DNA of 64,000 nt from an uncultured Chloroflexia bacterium. Its GTDB lineage: Bacteria > Chloroflexota > Limnocylindria > Limnocylindrales > CSP1-4. Position numbers and translations under genes: made by a program. The stretch's first letter is position 1, and each line of letters begins with the position of its first letter. Location of the stretch: NCBI GenBank assembly GCA_963717255.1, contig CAVQVT010000008.1, positions 4,134 to 68,133 of the forward strand, in the 5' to 3' direction. Of this stretch, positions 59,502 through 64,000 are shown piece after piece. The notes under the pieces are model-generated. The model did not search any database, was not told the DNA's origin, and saw only the letters and a list, made by a program, of their open reading frames with translations.

Positions 59502-60737
59502 TCAGCGTCCGGCGGTCGCGGACTCCTCGCCAGTGCCGGACGTCACCTCGGCCGGCCTCGGACCCGGGGCCTCCGGCCGCGGCAGTCCGTCCGCCGTGGA
59601 CGAGCCGCCGGTCTCGACGACCACGTTCGCCGTCCCCTGGTCGTCGGTCCCTGCAGCTGGCCGCCCGCGGCGCGCCGACACGACGATCCCGAGGAGCCAC
59701 ACGAGCGCCACGGCCACGATCCCGGCCGTGACGATCTGGTCGCCGTTCAGGTCGCCCACGAGGAGCGGGTCGCGCCACGTGAACGCGACGGCGAACCGCC
59801 CCGCCGCCCACAGGCCGATGCCCACCGCGAAGAGCGCGGCGGGATGACGCCGGAACGCCGGGACGAGGGCGAGCAGGAGCACGACGAGCAGCGCTCCCGC
59901 GGATGTGAGCGCCTCGTAGACCTGCGCCGGGTGCGACGGGATCAGCGGCGCAAGGGAGCCCCACGGGCCGGGCCCCGCATACGCCGTCGCCCAGGAGGCG
60001 TCGCTCGGCAGGCCCTGGCCGGCGCCGCCGAGGACCATCGCGAGCTTCCCGAGCCCGAGCGCCAGGAGGAACGGCACGATCGCGACACCCAGCCACCGCG
60101 CGACCGGCGCGCCCAGGACCGCAGCCATCGCCATCCCGGCGACCACCCCACCGACGACGCCCCCGGCGAGCGTGAGCCCGCCGACGGACGCGTCCAGGAT
60201 CGCGTCCTGGTGGTCGCGGTAGAAGTCGAGGTACAGGAGGACCCAGCCGAGTCTCCCGGCGACGACCGCCCCGGCGATCCCGCCGGCCACGATGAACAGC
60301 AGGTCGTCCGCGCGGAGGCCGACGGGCCACGGCCGATCGTCGGGTGGAGCCACGGCGCGCTCGGGCGCCTGGGCCGTCATGGCCGCTGGCCCCGCCTCGG
60401 TCACATGCACGGCCGCCTCCGGCCCGATCGCGGGCATGGCCGGCTCGGGCCCGGCGGCGGGCACGTCCGGCTCGTGGCTCGCCGCCACGCTCGCGCGCAG
60501 CGTCTCCTCGGCGGCGCGGGCCGCCTCGGCCACGGCCGGCGCTCGATCCGGGTCGCGCATCATCCGAGCGGTCCGCCGGCGCTCGGCGACGACCGCCAGG
60601 GCCCCCGCGAGGAGCAAGGTGGCGAAGATGACGGCTGCGACCGCCGCGATCTGCCACCGGACGGCGAACCCGAGGACGACGCCCACCGGATCGAAGTCGA
60701 AGACGACGACCGCCGGTGCCACGCCCGACGGGATCAC
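59502..60737 (-). CDS. lgt: Prolipoprotein diacylglyceryl transferase-like protein (Lgt) with a hydrophilic insertion of about 100 aa after TM1
   Basis: GRLGWVLLY..., ...SHPAQVYEAL... and multiple TM helices. The GTG at 60737 overlaps the upstream stop (GTGA). Confidence 0.6.
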   Translation of the reverse strand: MIPSGVAPAVVVFDFDPVGVVLGFAVRWQIAAVAAVIFATLLLAGALAVVAERRRTARMMRDPDRAPAVAEAARAAEETLRASVAASHEPDVPAAGPEPAMPAIGPEAAVHVTEAGPAAMTAQAPERAVAPPDDRPWPVGLRADDLLFIVAGGIAGAVVAGRLGWVLLYLDFYRDHQDAILDASVGGLTLAGGVVGGVVAGMAMAAVLGAPVARWLGVAIVPFLLALGLGKLAMVLGGAGQGLPSDASWATAYAGPGPWGSLAPLIPSHPAQVYEALTSAGALLVVLLLALVPAFRRHPAALFAVGIGLWAAGRFAVAFTWRDPLLVGDLNGDQIVTAGIVAVALVWLLGIVVSARRGRPAAGTDDQGTANVVVETGGSSTADGLPRPEAPGPRPAEVTSGTGEESATAGR

Positions 60738-62500
60738 CCGAGGTCCCCGTGCACGACGTCGCCGGCGACGATCGTGGCGACGACCTCCGGCTCGGGCCCG
60801 CTTCCGTCCCATGCGCGCGGGTCCGTCGGGTCGGCCGAGAGGATGGCGAGGTCCGCCCGCATGCCGACGGCGATCCGGCCCGCGTCGCCCTCGGCCCAGG
60901 ACGCGAGCGCCGCCGCGGCCGTCCAGGCGTGGAGAGCCTCGGCGCCGGAGAGGACCTCCGCGGGATCCAGGACGGTCCCCGACGGGCCGGCGTGGCGGAC
61001 CGCGGCGCGGATCCCGAGGAGCGGTGCTCCGAGCACGACGGGTCGGTCGCTCCCGAACGCGACGGGGATCCCCGCGGCGAGGACCGAGCGATACCGGTTC
61101 ATCCGTGCGGCGCGGGCGTCGCCGAGGCGCAAGCGGTACGTGTCGCCCGCCCACGCGACGAACTCCGGCTGCATGGAGAGCGTGGCGCCCACGCGCGCGA
61201 TCTGCTCGATAGCCGGGTCGTCGAGGAGCATCGCGTGCTCGATCCGGTGGCGCCTCGCCGCGACCGCGCCGGGGCCGGCGAACGCACCCGCCGCACCTGC
61301 GGCGGCGACGGCCGTGCCGGCGGTGGCGCCGCCCGGTCCATCCTCGCCCGACTCGACTGCTGCGAGCGCATCGAGGACGGCGTCCACGGCCGCATCTCCG
61401 ATCGCGTGGGTGCAGACCTGCCAGCCGGCCGCGTGCGCTCCCAGGACCCTCGCGCGCAGCGCGGCGGCGTCCTCGACCGCCAGCCCCCGCCGACCGGGTG
61501 CGTCCGCGTAGTCGTCGCGGAGCCGGGCGGTCCGGGTCGTCATCGCCCCGTCCGCCTTGAGCTTGCACGCGCGGATGGGGAGGCGCGCGCGGAGGTCCTG
61601 CGGGATCGCCGCCGCGATGTCGCCCGGGCTCGGAGGTGCGGCGTCGGCCGGGCCCAGCCGCGCGAGCCCGGGCATCAGCGAGACGGACTGGCTCAGCCGC
61701 CGGTCCGTCGCGGCGGCCACGTACGCGCGCAGCGCCTGCTCCAGCCCGGTCCCGTCGCTCCCGAGGTCGGCGTCCGCGGTCGCGACGACGCCGTCCGCCG
61801 CCAGTCGGCCGGAGGCGCGTGCGACAGCATCGGCGAGCTCCGCCGGCGTGGGGGGCGGAGCCGCCTCCGCGAAGAGCGACCAGGCGTCCGTCCCCACGAC
61901 CACGCCGGTGGGCTCCCCGTGTTGGTCGCGCTCGAGCGACCAGCGGCCGGCGAGGTCGTCCGTCGACGGACCTACCCCCGCGAGAGCCAGCGCGAGACTG
62001 TTGGCCGCCACCGCGTGACCCGAGACGTGGGCCAGGAGGACCGGCCGGTCCGGGATCGCGCGGTCCAGGTCGTCGCGCGTCGGATGCCGCGCCTCGCGCC
62101 ACCGGGTCTGGTCGTACCGCGCCAGGAGCCACGCGTCCGGGTCCAGGCGGCTCGCGGCGTCCGACAGGCGGCGAAGGGCCGCGCGGAGGTCGGGCTCGCC
62201 GCCGACGAGGACCTTCCCCGCGTCCACCCCCTCGCCGAGCGGGTGCGCGTGCGGGTCGACGAAGCCGGGGACGACCACCCTCCCCCGGAGGTCGATCACG
62301 GTCGAGTCCGGACCGACGAGCGGGAGCACCTCGTCGTCCGTCCCCACGGCGAGGATCCGGTCGTGAGCGAACGCGAGGGCCGTCGCCCGGCGGCCGGCGG
62401 CATCGGGCGCCCCGACGGCCCGGCTCGCGGCATCGGTCGCGGCACAGCCGTCCACGGTGAGGACGAGGCCGCCGTGCAGCACGGCGTACATGTGGGTCAC
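60734..62500 (-). CDS. Metal-dependent amidohydrolase family protein (Amidohydro_3-like)
   Basis: VVPGFVDPHAHPL..., ...CTHAIGDAAVD..., ...HRIEHAMLL..., ...FGSDRPV... Confidence 0.75.
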   Translation of the reverse strand: MTHMYAVLHGGLVLTVDGCAATDAASRAVGAPDAAGRRATALAFAHDRILAVGTDDEVLPLVGPDSTVIDLRGRVVVPGFVDPHAHPLGEGVDAGKVLVGGEPDLRAALRRLSDAASRLDPDAWLLARYDQTRWREARHPTRDDLDRAIPDRPVLLAHVSGHAVAANSLALALAGVGPSTDDLAGRWSLERDQHGEPTGVVVGTDAWSLFAEAAPPPTPAELADAVARASGRLAADGVVATADADLGSDGTGLEQALRAYVAAATDRRLSQSVSLMPGLARLGPADAAPPSPGDIAAAIPQDLRARLPIRACKLKADGAMTTRTARLRDDYADAPGRRGLAVEDAAALRARVLGAHAAGWQVCTHAIGDAAVDAVLDALAAVESGEDGPGGATAGTAVAAAGAAGAFAGPGAVAARRHRIEHAMLLDDPAIEQIARVGATLSMQPEFVAWAGDTYRLRLGDARAARMNRYRSVLAAGIPVAFGSDRPVVLGAPLLGIRAAVRHAGPSGTVLDPAEVLSGAEALHAWTAAAALASWAEGDAGRIAVGMRADLAILSADPTDPRAWDGSGPEPEVVATIVAGDVVHGDLG

Positions 62501-62645
62501 GCGGCGAGTCTACGGGACACGCCGCGCGACCGGCGGCGGACGGTCCGCTCCCGCCCCCGGAGGCGCCGACGATCCGGTCGCCGGGCCGAGGCGTCGGCGC
62601 TCTGCCTGCCCGACGGGCCCGGCGGGTCCGCCCGGCAGGATCGGG

Positions 62646-64000
<1,355 letters not shown>

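Noticed and set aside
57975-61511. 1178-aa plus-strand ORF, plus the 876-aa (59502..62132) and 892-aa-class ORFs in the same area
   Set aside because: These are antisense or alternate frames of the secreted repeat protein, lgt and amidohydrolase genes. Only the sub-ranges listed under features have protein-like sequence and translational-coupling signals.

Overview
High-GC (about 70% by eye) bacterial chromosomal window, densely coding on both strands, with about 65 genes. The gene content (F420-type LLM and deazaflavin-dependent nitroreductase, PhoP/RegX3-type regulator, PHO-box-like repeats) suggests Actinomycetota or a related high-GC Terrabacteria lineage. I found no rRNA, tRNA, CRISPR array, transposase or integrase. 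The dominant theme is phosphate and polyphosphate. Block 1 (7.0-26.5 kb) holds ppk1, CYTH, CHAD, ppx, pstSCAB-phoU, a SixA-like phosphatase, an EEP phosphatase/nuclease, a GDPD phosphodiesterase, a soluble PAS histidine kinase, PiT plus DUF47, and an OmpR-family response regulator. Block 2 (38-50 kb) holds a second CHAD protein and a second pstSCAB operon with an extra lipoprotein gene. A GTTAAC/GTGAAC/GTTCAC hexamer motif recurs in the upstream regions of these genes, which points to one Pho-type regulon. Other modules are a MarR plus ABC-2 exporter, phosphoketolase and acetate kinase with a VapBC toxin-antitoxin pair between them, a J-domain protein translationally coupled to a DtxR-family repressor, and a reductive-pyrimidine-catabolism-like cluster (aminotransferase, CN-hydrolase, LLM oxidoreductase, dihydropyrimidinase) with no recognisable dihydropyrimidine dehydrogenase. 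Housekeeping genes present are proS, gltX, mgsA, pfk, upp, lgt, mdh and pckA. Several well-recognisable genes are disrupted in the sequence as given: an in-frame TGA between CYTH and CHAD, a +1 shift in CHAD, two compensating shifts in pstS1, a +1 shift in the phosphoketolase gene, and no canonical start codon for ppx. I cannot tell from sequence alone whether these are real pseudogenisation, recoding or assembly indels. Many very long ORFs in the six-frame track are alternate-frame artefacts of the high GC content and were rejected.
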